From assembly GCA_965197795.1 (NCBI GenBank), contig OZ240228.1:2893177-2957176 (forward strand): DNA of 64,000 nt, given 5' to 3'. This DNA is from Dehalococcoidia bacterium. GTDB taxonomy: Bacteria > Chloroflexota > Dehalococcoidia > DSTF01 > WHTK01. This document shows positions 20,998 to 31,085 of the stretch, one piece after another. A program made the translations under genes and the position numbers. The notes under the pieces are model-generated. The model saw nothing but the letters and a program-made list of their open reading frames with translations, did not search any database and was not told where the DNA came from. Within the stretch, counting starts at the first letter, position 1. Each line of letters opens with the position of its first letter.

Positions 20998-22002
20998 TTA
21001 ACGTCTGAAGTACGGCAGGACCTGGCTGCCAATCAGCTCGATTCCTCCGATAGGGTCGAGCCCATGCGGGCGAACCGAAATCGACTCGACTCGCCCCCGC
21101 CGCGAGGCAGGACTCGACCTGGCGAATGACGTCTGCTGCAGTCCCGGCGAAGGCGAACCGCGCCAGAAGCGCGTCGGGGATGGCACGAGAGGCGGCTTCC
21201 ATGTCGCCTCTCCTCGCGGCATCGCTGACCGCCGCGATGGCGTCCGGGAAGGCCTCGGCGGCCGGGGTGTCCAGCCGTCCGATGACCGGAATGTAGGTCG
21301 CCGCACGCCGCCGGGCCTCCTCGACGGCGACCTTGCGATCCTCGTCGACGATCGTAACCGCGCCCAGCACGACACCGATGCTTGTGGGATCGCGTTGCCC
21401 TTGCAACGCGCCGGGAGCGATGCGTTCCCTGGCTAACGTCGCCATCTCAGGCGCAGCTGTGCCGCCTACCTTGACTTCGTCCGCGATTTCGCCGGCGAGG
21501 TGCAGCATCCGCTCGCCCCAACCGCCGATCATCAGAGAAGGTCTGTTGTCGGTCACCTGGTAGTTGAGGCGAAAGCCCGGAGCAACTGAGTAGTGGCGGC
21601 CTTCGAATCCGTTCGTATTGCACTCGATGAGGTACTCGATAACAGAGGCAGCCTCGGCGACCTGCCGCACGGTGGCCGGCCTCAGCCCAACCTGGTCAAG
21701 CCACGCGCCGGCCGCCAAACCGATGAACACGGGCCCGCTGCGCATCGCACCGAGTGCGGCCATCAGGCGACCACGCCGTCCCAGGAGGCGTACTTCGGTA
21801 CGGCCAGACAGGCGAGGCCTAGCCTCGCGGTCTTGTCGCGCTCCGCCAGCGCAAGCAGAAGCGGTGCCGGTGGCGGATCGCCGAGGTCGTCCCAGACCCT
21901 CAGAGCTGGGAACTCGAACCTGGCGGCGGCCGCGGCGAGGCGCTGGATGCGGTCCGGATCGACCTCGGCACGGAACGAGAGGCCGACGGCTGCTGAGGTC
22001 AT
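20998..22002 (-). pseudogene. LLM class (Mer/F420-type) oxidoreductase with two frameshifts
   Basis: One protein split over three frames: MTSAAVGLSF...VWDDL, then ...GGWGERMLHLAGEIADEV...FAFAGT, then PHGLDP...VLPYFRR. Shifts near 21780 and 21075; may be sequencing indels. Confidence 0.75.
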
Positions 22003-22340
22003 CCGATACCAGACTCGGAGTTGGGGGCTTCGCGCGGGAACGAGGTCCTGCCGGTGCGTTTGATTCGGAAGACGGCGCCGCAGGCCGCATCCGGGCAAGC
22101 GATTTCCGTATCCGCGCCCATCCAGTCTCCGTCTATTGCAGTCCGTTGCTTGGCCGGCAGCAAGGGCAATAGCGAAGCGAGCGCATACAACGAGAAGGAG
22201 GTCGGGCGGTCGAAGACGAGGTTCTCACCGACGACCCTGAACGCCGTCCCCGCCTCGTGACTGCAAGTGAAGGAGCGACCTTCCCTGCACCACACCTCGA
22301 CGTTCAGATCGAAGAACTCGACATCAGGATTCCCGGCCAT
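21999..22340 (-). CDS. TIGR04076 family protein
   Basis: C-S-H, FSLYALASLLPLLPAKQR and CPDAAC...FRI pattern; stop overlaps the start of the downstream LLM. Confidence 0.75.
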   Translation of the reverse strand: MAGNPDVEFFDLNVEVWCREGRSFTCSHEAGTAFRVVGENLVFDRPTSFSLYALASLLPLLPAKQRTAIDGDWMGADTEIACPDAACGAVFRIKRTGRTSFPREAPNSESGIG

Positions 22341-22397
22341 GGACACCCCCACAGAATGCAATCTGGCATCCCGTAGCTTAGCGTCTCGGGCCCTGGC

Positions 22398-23145
22398 TCA
22401 CTCCTCGGCCGCGTTGTGCTCCCGGATACGGCGATCAACCGTCGAGGCCAGCAGTTCCGGAGCATGGACGATCCAATCGTGCGGCAGTAGACTGTTATGC
22501 AGGCCCAGCAGGGTGAATGAATTCGCCACGCCAATCACATTCATCCCGGCAGCGAGGCCGGCCTCCACCCCAGGCGGTGAGTCTTCGATGACCAGGCAAT
22601 GGGCGGGGTCGACGCCAAGCCTGGACGCCGTGGTCAAGTAGATTTCCGGGTCGGGCTTGCCGTGCGTCACTTGATCCAGACCAACCACAGAGGCGAAGCT
22701 CTCGGTCAGATTCAGGGCTCGCAGCACTCGCTCGGCTTCCGCCGTACGCGATGAAGTAGCCAGGCCGATCTGGCACCCGTTTGAGTGGGCAGCGTTGACC
22801 AGGGCAACGGTATGAGGCCACTGATTCTCACGCAGGACCGCGTCGTCGGAGACAAGCTCGTCGTAGAGGCGCAGACGTATCGCGGTGAGTACATCTGCAG
22901 GTTCCGCCGCGCCATACTGCGCCATCAAGGGAATGCAAAGCTCCCCAAGGCTGAACACGTCCATGATGTGACGCGAAAGCACCAGACGCGTCTGCCCGAC
23001 GACTTCTTGATAGCTCTCGAGCACTTGCTCTAGAGAGACGTCAGTACGGCCGAGCTCCTGAATCGCCCTGTGGTAACAGCTTGCCTTGAGCCGTTCACTC
23101 TTTATCAGGGTCCCGTCGAGATCGAAAGATCACCGCGTTTATCAT
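22398..23145 (-). pseudogene. HAD-superfamily phosphatase (beta-PGM-like), 1-nt frameshift near the 5' end
   Basis: Removing one A from the AAA run at about 23125 restores MINAVIFDLDGTL (DxD); ATSS, KPDPEIY and IEDSPPG motifs intact. Confidence 0.8.
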
Positions 23146-23305
23146 GTGCTACGCCTTAGTCCGATGCCTTACGCTCGGATGCCCTTTGCTATTGTCTGTC
23201 AGAACGTGACTCATTGTATGGCTGCTTCGTTGCTGGCGCGGACTCACCTCCATACGTGACGTGGACGCCCCAACGAGGCCCGGCCTTTGCTTCAAGGTCC
23301 GAGCT

Positions 23306-24265
23306 TCAAGGCGTTATCACGGCTTGGACTGACTCACCCAGCACCGCTCGCCGCACGTTAGCGAAGGCAAAGTCGGCGCTGCGGGACACGATTTCGGCTG
23401 AGAGTCCCGATTGATGCGGCGTGATCAGGACGTTGTCCAGGTCAAGCAATGGATTGTCCGCCGGCGTCGGCTCCTGCTCCATGACGTCCAACGCCGCGCC
23501 GGCGATTTGGTTGGCCACGAGGGCTTCGTATAGCGCGTTCTCGTCGATGACTTGGCCGCGCGTCGTGTTAATCAGGATAGCGCTGGACTTCATCATCCCG
23601 AACTCCCGAGCGCCGATCAGGCGTCGCGTCTCCGGCGTAAGCGCGACGTGCAACGACACGACGTCCGAGGTGCGCAATAGCTCATCGAATGGCATGTAGC
23701 GGGCGTGAAGCGCCTCTTCCACGCTTGCGGTCAGCCGGGAACGTTTGTAGTAGACGGTGTCGCAGCCGAATCCGGTCAGCAGGCGTGCCGTAGCCGAGCC
23801 GATCGCCCCCACTCCCAGGAGGCCAACTTGCGTACCGGACAGCTCCCAGGTGGGAAATTGATTGAGACCTTGATTCCAGCGACGCTCCCTGGCGTTCCTC
23901 GATTGGCGCAGGATTCCACGGCTCAGGCTGAGTAGCATGCCAATCGTGTGTTCGGCCACGGGAATGGCGCTGCTGCCCCCGTTGTTGGCAAGCGGTATGC
24001 CGAGTGCGGCGATGGCCCCTAGGTCGAGCTTGTCGTAACCAGCCCCGATGCCCTGCAGCAACTTGACGCCGGAGCAACGCCGAAGCACCTCGGGCGAGAT
24101 AGTGGCCGCGGCCAGGATGACAGCTTCGGTAGATTCACATACAGCCGCCTTCTCTTGATCCGAAGCGGAGTTGGCGACAACCACGGTTTCCATGTCGGGA
24201 TGGGCTTCCGCCATGAATCGAGCGTGGCGCTCCGGCCCATTCCACGTAACGATGCCGGGCTTCAT
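23306..24265 (-). CDS. D-isomer specific 2-hydroxyacid dehydrogenase
   Basis: GAGYDKLD, VAEH, GVGAIG, INTTRG, LDVMEQEP, TPH; ATG 24265 behind GGAG. Confidence 0.92.
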   Translation of the reverse strand: MKPGIVTWNGPERHARFMAEAHPDMETVVVANSASDQEKAAVCESTEAVILAAATISPEVLRRCSGVKLLQGIGAGYDKLDLGAIAALGIPLANNGGSSAIPVAEHTIGMLLSLSRGILRQSRNARERRWNQGLNQFPTWELSGTQVGLLGVGAIGSATARLLTGFGCDTVYYKRSRLTASVEEALHARYMPFDELLRTSDVVSLHVALTPETRRLIGAREFGMMKSSAILINTTRGQVIDENALYEALVANQIAGAALDVMEQEPTPADNPLLDLDNVLITPHQSGLSAEIVSRSADFAFANVRRAVLGESVQAVITP

Positions 24266-24358
24266 CCGTACTCCCACTTCGATTGAACTCTGATCTTGGC
24301 TGTACTGTCTTCAGGCTCCCGAAACGAACTCGATTCCTTTTGCCGTACCCTGCTCGGT

Positions 24359-24371
24359 AGGATAACGTCGC
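24359..24371. repeat. 13-bp direct repeat, copy 2 (AGGATAACGTCGC)
   Basis: Identical to 19951-19963. Confidence 0.7.
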
Positions 24372-24410
24372 CGCGGACCGGCTTAGCTTAGGGCGTCAAG
24401 GGAGATCGAG

Positions 24411-25268
24411 ATGGACGTATCGCTGGCGGATAAGGTTGCACTGGTCACCGGCGCCAGCCCCAACATGGGCAGCGGCATCGCCCTGGTGCTCGGGAAGTAC
24501 GGCGCGAAGGTCGCGTGCAATGACATCCGCCCCGACCTCGCGGACGCCGCGGTAAGCCGACTCGAGCGCAACGGCTGCGGGGCGATGGCTATCCCCGGCG
24601 ACGTCACCGATGATGCCGCGGTGAAGGCTTACGTCGAAGCCGTGCTCGAGCGCTGGGGGCGGATCGACATCCTCGTCAACTGCGCGGCGATCCTCGGCGG
24701 CGCGAGCCTGCTGGACATCGAGGTCGAGGCCTTCCAGCGGCAACTCGTCGTGCAGTGCGTCGGCATGCTGACCAATACGAAGCACGTGGCGCGTTCGATG
24801 ATCGACCGCGGCATCAGGGGGAGTGTCGTCAACATCGCTTCGACCTCGGCCTGGCAGGGCACAGGCGGCAACATCGGCTACGGCACCAGCAAGGGCGCCG
24901 TCTTGCAGTTCACCCGCGCGGCGGCGATGGACCTCGCCCCGTACGGCATCCGCGTCAATAGCTGTTCGCCGCCGTCCACGCAAGCGGATAATCCTGAGCT
25001 CCTGGCCGCGAACAGGGACAACTCGGACATGGGCTTCTACCCCCGCGCCGGACTGGAGGCGCGCCGCATGATGCCCATGAGGGAGCTGCCTACGCCCACG
25101 GACCACGGCCACATGGTGGCCTTCATGGCCTCGGACTTCGCGCGGCTCGTAACCGGCGCCGACCTCAGCGCCGACGGCGGTGCGCTGGCCAAGTACTGGG
25201 CGTACGTACCGCCGGAGGACGGAGCCGGCCCGCTGCCTCTCGTGCCGCTGGACGTGACGCAGGTCTAG
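24411..25268 (+). CDS. classical SDR family oxidoreductase
   Basis: TGASPNMG, DILVNCA, YGTSK (YxxxK), IRVN, ADGG. Confidence 0.9.
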   Translation: MDVSLADKVALVTGASPNMGSGIALVLGKYGAKVACNDIRPDLADAAVSRLERNGCGAMAIPGDVTDDAAVKAYVEAVLERWGRIDILVNCAAILGGASLLDIEVEAFQRQLVVQCVGMLTNTKHVARSMIDRGIRGSVVNIASTSAWQGTGGNIGYGTSKGAVLQFTRAAAMDLAPYGIRVNSCSPPSTQADNPELLAANRDNSDMGFYPRAGLEARRMMPMRELPTPTDHGHMVAFMASDFARLVTGADLSADGGALAKYWAYVPPEDGAGPLPLVPLDVTQV

Positions 25269-25383
25269 CAGAGCTCCCGAGAAGGCAGCCAGCGCGAAGC
25301 GGCACCGAGTGTCCATGGCCAGCGTCAAGCAGCCATCAAGAAAGGCGTCTATAAACCGAAACTATCGACAGAGGTCAAGTCGA

Positions 25384-25617
25384 ATGGCTCCACAGCCCAC
25401 CTGTGACAGCATTTTCGGACACCGCTGGCGGATGCGGGTGCCGAAAGATCTCAATTCGGCGATCGTCGGCGCATGTCGCGTCTGTGCAGCCGTACGAATC
25501 TGGCCGACCCCAAAAGCTTCCCCGACACCAGAGAGTGACTCCCCTGACCCGGGTAGCGTTCCTGACTCTCACCAAGGTGCCGAAACAGGGGCATCCACGG
25601 TGCCTCGCAGCGCCTAG
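25384..25617 (+). CDS. small putative zinc-ribbon protein
   Basis: C-x5-H-R-W...G-A-C-R-V-C pattern; SD GAGGT before ATG 25384. Confidence 0.5.
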   Translation: MAPQPTCDSIFGHRWRMRVPKDLNSAIVGACRVCAAVRIWPTPKASPTPESDSPDPGSVPDSHQGAETGASTVPRSA

Positions 25618-25646
25618 TACTCGGCCTCTCGGATTTGGGTCATCCT

Positions 25647-25895
25647 TTACGGCGTCGCCTTCCGATTGCTAACTCCAACGATCTCGCCGAGACTGGTGGC
25701 GAACCTTCTACCGTCCTCACCCATAACATGAATTATGGGCAGGCCGTCGCGAGGTAAGACGTCCGGGCCGATTTGCTCGACCGTGAACCACTCGTCTTCC
25801 TCGTCGAGGAGTATCAGGCGGTCGCCCGGCGAAATTGTTGCGGTCTTTGCGCCACTCTTCCAGACGACGGAGCGTTGATTAGCCATCGGCACCAA
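25647..25895 (-). CDS. small hypothetical protein (beta-rich, SH3/KOW-like)
   Basis: ISPGDRLIL...WFTVEQI pattern and natural composition; start may be ATG 25886. Confidence 0.45.
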   Translation of the reverse strand: MVPMANQRSVVWKSGAKTATISPGDRLILLDEEDEWFTVEQIGPDVLPRDGLPIIHVMGEDGRRFATSLGEIVGVSNRKATP

Positions 25896-25988
25896 TTCTA
25901 GTCGGCTGAAACGACTCCTTCACCCCACGCGCCCGAACGCCAAGTTGCCACTACCTTGCCTGCTGCACAAGATGTGGGCGACTGGCCG

Positions 25989-26030
25989 CTATCTGGCACG
26001 GTAGCCGCCATCCACCACCATGGCGAGCGT
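25989..26030 (-). pseudogene. C-terminal remnant of an SDR
   Basis: Encodes AMVVDGGYRAR-stop, a typical classical-SDR terminus, with no SDR body upstream. Confidence 0.4.
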
Positions 26031-26257
26031 GGATTTCAACACCCACAGTCCGGTTGACACCCTAACGCGCGCGAAAGAGCATTGCCGAAGACTCGGTCCC
26101 TGGGCGAGGAGCAAAGCCAGCCCTACATCTCGCGGAGCTGATGGGCGGCGGCGAGGTAGACGTCCGCTGCGAGCCGAGGCTGCGACCGTCACCAACGTCG
26201 CCGCCGGCCTATGGCTGGGGCGACAGCGCAGGCCAGCGGTTGACACCAACCGGACGC

Positions 26258-26286
26258 TTGCGAACGGCACTCTCATGCCGTATAAC
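26258..26286 (+). promoter_or_regulatory. sigma70-type promoter
   Basis: TTGCGA-N17-TATAAC upstream of ATG 26341. Confidence 0.5.
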
Positions 26287-26340
26287 GCACGTGGTGCGCC
26301 AAGTGATCGCCTCACAAATTCCACGCGAGGGCTGCTGCCG

Positions 26341-26730
26341 ATGCTTGCCATCAACAGCAAGTGGAAGTCGTTCAGAGAAGCTGAGGCCGACCGAGAGTAC
26401 CTGATCTTATTGACAAGTCTAGCGTTGAAAAGATACTGGACCGTACCGAAGTTCCTGCGACTGAGCACGGCCGTCCAGGCGCAACTGGCTGAGTCGCAAG
26501 GTCTTCTCGGATATACGATGTCGGCCCAGCTGCTGAGCAAGAAGTACTGGACGCTCTCAGTGTGGGAGGACGAACAGAAGCTGGCGGACTTTCGAACTAA
26601 TTTGCCCCACAGGGATGTCATGGAGGAGTTGCGGCCCGGAGCGAAGTTCACGGTCATCAGATGGAAGATTTCTGGCTCAGCCGTTCCGCCGACCTGGAAT
26701 GACGCCTTCGAGCGCGCGGGCGTGGACTAG
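26341..26730 (+). CDS. DUF3291/ABM-like dimeric alpha-beta barrel protein
   Basis: QLAESQGLLGY...YWTLSVWEDE...F...PHRDVM pattern; promoter upstream supports ATG 26341. Confidence 0.65.
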   Translation: MLAINSKWKSFREAEADREYLILLTSLALKRYWTVPKFLRLSTAVQAQLAESQGLLGYTMSAQLLSKKYWTLSVWEDEQKLADFRTNLPHRDVMEELRPGAKFTVIRWKISGSAVPPTWNDAFERAGVD

Positions 26731-26881
26731 CGCGTTCCCTCCCGCTGTGCGTGAGCGGTTCCACGAAAAGAGATGGGTTGATTGGCACCTCTTTCGGGCA
26801 GTGGCCTCGACGGCCGCGTTCGCCTGCCTCGCATGGGCCCTGGTGTTGCACGGGCGCTCATATCGGGCGAGGCAAGGATGA
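26731..26881 (+). pseudogene. C-terminal remnant of DUF1772/anthrone oxygenase-like membrane protein
   Basis: AVRERFHEKRWVDWHLFRAVASTAAFACLAWAL with no start or N-terminal half. Confidence 0.55.
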
Positions 26882-26884
26882 GCA

Positions 26885-27076
26885 CTGCATTTCCTATCCG
26901 AGCGCTGGACATGAAAGACCGAGCGTCTCCGAGTAGTACTACTGGCGAATCCAAAAACGGGGCAGGGCCATCGCTTCGCTTACCAGGCGCCGGCCTTCGA
27001 AGTCGAATGTGAGCTGGTGTACGACGAGTCCGGTTTGGTCACGGACTATCCAAGACTAGCAGTCCGAGCCGGCTGA
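26885..27076 (+). pseudogene. C-terminal remnant of putative glycolipid-binding domain protein
   Basis: IRALD..., ERL, then HRFAYQAPAFEVECELVYDESGLVTDYPRLAVRAG-stop, spread over several frames. Confidence 0.5.
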
Positions 27077-27103
27077 ACAAAGTCACCTATCAGGCTAAGC
27101 ACG

Positions 27104-27631
27104 ATGCGAGAAGTTTCAGACACGTTCCTGCTCAACCTGGCCGTGGTCTCTTCTACCCTGGTCGGCTTCTTCCTGATTGGCGTGTTCTATTACATCGAGA
27201 CCGGCTTTCGCCGGACCGTTTATGGGCGCGAGGTTGTTGGGCAGTACTTCTACTCCGGCACCAGGATCGTGTTAGTGCTGTTCGCGTTCCCGATCGGCCT
27301 CTCACTCACGCTGGTTGCCCTGGAGCCGGTCTGGAACCACGTGTTCTTCGCCATCTTGAGCCTCCTGCTCATAGCGGCGAAACTTGACAGTGAGCTGCGC
27401 ATGTGGGCAGTCGAGAGGGTCACCCACTCGGCCGTGCTGCTGGCTAACGAAGTCTTAGGCACGCTTGTAGTGCTGGTGCTTGTGCCGCTCCCATGGGTTC
27501 TCGGAGGATTCGCGCCGACCAGAGAAGACCTCACGTGGGCGATTCTCCTGGCGTTCGCCATGGGGTACCTGAGCATCGGCGCGACGGTGCTCTCGGCCTT
27601 CAACCTTTCTAGAATTGAGGACTCGGATTGA
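27104..27631 (+). CDS. hypothetical integral membrane protein
   Basis: About five hydrophobic segments; intact 175-aa ORF. Confidence 0.7.
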   Translation: MREVSDTFLLNLAVVSSTLVGFFLIGVFYYIETGFRRTVYGREVVGQYFYSGTRIVLVLFAFPIGLSLTLVALEPVWNHVFFAILSLLLIAAKLDSELRMWAVERVTHSAVLLANEVLGTLVVLVLVPLPWVLGGFAPTREDLTWAILLAFAMGYLSIGATVLSAFNLSRIEDSD

Positions 27632-27784
27632 ACCGGGTCGGCCCTGGACCTCAGCAGCGAGGTGCTCAGCGACGTCCGGCGACTTGGCGGGGCGGCGGTC
27701 CTTCGCGCCGACAACGGTCACTGGCCCGATTACGTAGTTGGGCCCGTTTCCGGTTCGGTCGTATCGCAGATGGTTACGCAGAGG

Positions 27785-27813
27785 GAAAGGCGAGGTGCTA
27801 CTCGCCTTTCTTC
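27785..27813. terminator. intrinsic terminator-like hairpin
   Basis: GAAAGGCGAG-GTGCTA-CTCGCCTTTC followed by TTC, between convergent genes. Confidence 0.55.
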
Positions 27814-28126
27814 ACATACTGAAGAGTTAAAGAGTGGAACTGCTAGCTGTGCTTGCTAGAAGACGTATCGCCTGCGGGCATGCCAGAGATGCGCGTGCCG
27901 AGTGCGGCTGGATGCAACTTTCAGGCGGGGTCAGCCGGCGCGGCCGTACTGTTACCAACTCTGGCCGCGTAAGAACCGGAAACCACCAACCACCGTGAAG
28001 TCAAACCTCCAGTTATGCGCAAAAGGATAGAGCCTCCGCTTCGGTTCAATGTGATGTCTTGGCCAACGCTAGGAATGCGTTCTGGTATCGAACCGATGCT
28101 CAACTGGCACATTCCAAGTCTGACCT

Positions 28127-30978
28127 TTAACCTCCTAACGAAACGCGCCAACCCAGGCCAAAGCCGGGCTTTCGTCGTATCTGTATCCACTTCCAAGCAC
28201 GTTCAACTGGCAGTCCTGTCTTAGCCTCTCGCTCGGGCGTGGCAATGAGCAGCAGCGACGGGAGCACAACGAGCGAGGACACGAGCGCCAAGAAGATCAT
28301 CGTTGCCGTGAGAATTCCGTAAGCTGCAAACATCGGCATCGGCGCGAGCCCCATGATCGCAAAGCCGACGATGCTCGATGCCGCGGAAGCGAGAAGCGCG
28401 AGTCCAGTGGCACCCACCGCCTTTTGCAGAGCTTCATCTCGGCTGGCCCGGCGCCGAAGTTCCTCGCGGAAACGCTCCGTCATGTGAATGGAGTAGTCGA
28501 GGCCGACCCCGACGGACACTGCGCCGATCGTTGCCGTTACGAAGTTCAAGGAGAAGCCCGCCGTCTGCATGATCGGTAGAGCCACGCAGCAACCAGGCCA
28601 ATCGGAATAACGGTGACCACGGCGTAGCGGAATGAGCGCATCGTTACGAGCAAAAGCAGAAAGGCGCCGAGTGCCGCGATAGGTAGCGACGTCTGAAGAG
28701 TCTTCGTAGTCGCATCCAGCGTTTGCTCTCGCTCAAAAGGCGAGCCCGTGAGCCCGACGCGCACGATCGCTGGGCTCTCTTCGAGGACTGATAGGTCGTT
28801 TGTCAGGGCCTGGCGAGCAGACGTTACCGCGCTTTGCTCCCGCGTCCCCGGGATTCCGAGCGAGAAGATCGCCACGGAGCCGCTCGGTTTCTCACCATCG
28901 TAGGACAGGACAGTCCTGACCTCGCCAGGGGTGAACACGTTGGTCTGCCTGTCAAACGGGACGCCCTTAGTAGTCGCGAACTCGTATGCGGCTTGAAGTT
29001 GCTCCCTCGAGTCGGGCAGGCCATCGCCGTCACCATCCGTGATTTTGGTGCCGGTTGTTGCTTCAATTTGAGCGCGGGCGTACTCGCTCTCCGTCAGGCG
29101 GCTCAAGATCGTCAGAACGTTGTCGTCGACATTTGCTTCACCGTCCGCCTCCCTGCCGACGAAGGGATTCTCAGCTAGTCGCGCTACGAAACCCTCGATG
29201 CTCGCAAGTGCGTCAGGATCAGCAAGGTCGCCCGCGACGTAGACCGTTGCCGGTTCGCCGCCTCGATCACTCACGTGCTCGTCGAGCTTATCCAGGCCCA
29301 CGACGAAGTCCGAGTTGCTAGCGAAAAAATCCTTGACCTCGAACGTTGCCTCGAGGCGGGTGGCAAGAAGAATCGAGCCAAACGTGATGGCTGCGACGAC
29401 CGGGAGGACGTACACCCTGTGTCCGGCCAGGGTTGTTAGAACCCCCGTCAGAAAGCCGCCCTCTTCAGCCACAGCCGGTACGCAGAAGGTCGTTGGTCGG
29501 ACTCTGACCCCAGCGCGCTCATGCGCTTGAGCAGGATGAGGGGCAGGAGCACGTGAATTACGATGGACGCGACGATCAGCACGAGCCCAGCCACCGGACT
29601 GACCGCCACGAGGAAGATAACGGCCGTCCCCGAGAGCATTGCGACGTTCGCCGCGCCGACGGCCGGGAGGACGCGCCCGAGGAGTGAGGAAGGCCTACCA
29701 ACAGGACCTCGGAGCTCATCGATTCGCATCATGACGAGCGGCACGAGGACTCCAAGTACGAGGAAGGACGCGGACACGGCGATGGCAGCGGCGACACCGA
29801 AGTGAACCACGGCCTCAACCCCCGACGAGGCGTTGGCAAGAAAGGCGATGCTATCGCTCAGCATGGCGAGTACAAGGGCACCGAGCACGCCAGCGAAACC
29901 GGTGCGTAGAGCACGCCGGGCCGAATTGCCGGCGAGCATTTCCTCACGGTAGCGGCGCAGGGCATGGACGACGAAGTCGACTCCGAGCGAGATCATCGCG
30001 ATCGGCACGATAAGCTCGATCACTAGGCCACCCTCGATCCCGACGAGGTTGGAGATGCTCTTGAGCCAAATCATGAGAATCCCCAGGCCGGCCGGTGAGG
30101 GCGATGGCCCAATACGACCGCAGGCTCAGGCCGACGATTCCTACTGCAGCCACGACAGTCAGCATGATGAACATTCCGGCGACTTTACCCTCGTCCTCCG
30201 CCTCCAAGCTCGCGTCGATGGCGATTCCCCACGCGCGGTAGCTCTGTTCGTCGCCGCGTAGGACTGTCTGGATGTTGCGGCTGAACTCTTCTTTGTCCAG
30301 GTCCTCGTCGGAGGCGCTAAGGACGCCGCCTCTGACATTGCCGCCTAGCTTTTCGTTATCCGCCAAAACCCTGAAGACCAGCGCGGGCGAAGTCCAATAA
30401 TCAATCGCGTTGCCGGCTACGACACGCCTCTCGCGTTCCGCCCGGCTGGACAGGGTCTCTCTGATCTCCGCCGTTTCCGGGTTCCTCATCAGCTCGTGGA
30501 GGGCCAGCTTCACCTGCTCGTCCGTTGCGGCTGCCAGAGAAACGCCGAAGCGCTCGTCGCTCTGCAACAGTGCCTGTACGGCGTCGGCGATCGTGTAGAC
30601 GCCAAGGAAGGGCCGGTTCGTGTCAGTATCGAACGCTGCGAACAAGTAGGGTTGAGCGGGCAAGCCTTCGGGATGGAGCTCGCCCATCCTGTCCGCCTCA
30701 CGAAGCCGTCGCTCGTTCTCATACAGCTCGGAGAGGGTAGCCTGGGAAAGGACATCGCCGCTCCGTGACTCGACCACATAGGCTTCTGCGAAAACCGAAG
30801 ATGAGAATCGATCCTCGATCTCTTCACGCAGGTCGAAGACCTCGCCACGCGGCTCGAAGGAGGCGTCCTCCTCCGGCGCCATGGCTACAAGGGGGATGGC
30901 CAAGAGAAAGGTAACGAAGATTGCGGTGAGAATGATGCGCCCCGAGTAACGCTCGAGAAGCTCGCTGATCCTACTCAT
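28127..30978 (-). pseudogene. MMPL/RND family transporter, three frameshifts
   Basis: Four consecutive ORF pieces carrying both RND halves (SLGVDFVVH and GVGLDYSIHMTERFREE); shifts near 30090, 29480 and 28575. Confidence 0.82.
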
Positions 30979-31042
30979 GTTCTTCCTCCTCCACTAGTGG
31001 TGCTGGCATAACTCGACGGTAGAGCCAGTCGAGGAGGAATGC

Positions 31043-31060
31043 CCCCACCTAAAGGTGGGG
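31043..31060. promoter_or_regulatory. palindromic operator, candidate MalT/LuxR activator site
   Basis: CCCCACC-TAAA-GGTGGGG plus an extra AGGTGGG half-site, between the regulator 3' end and the MMPL start. Confidence 0.6.
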
Positions 31061-31085
31061 TGTGAGGTGGGTTCTTGGAGTGGCC

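Noticed and set aside
27921-28196. 91-aa ORF and weak hairpins downstream of the MMPL gene
   Set aside because: No recognisable motif or SD; hairpins match no RNA family I can identify
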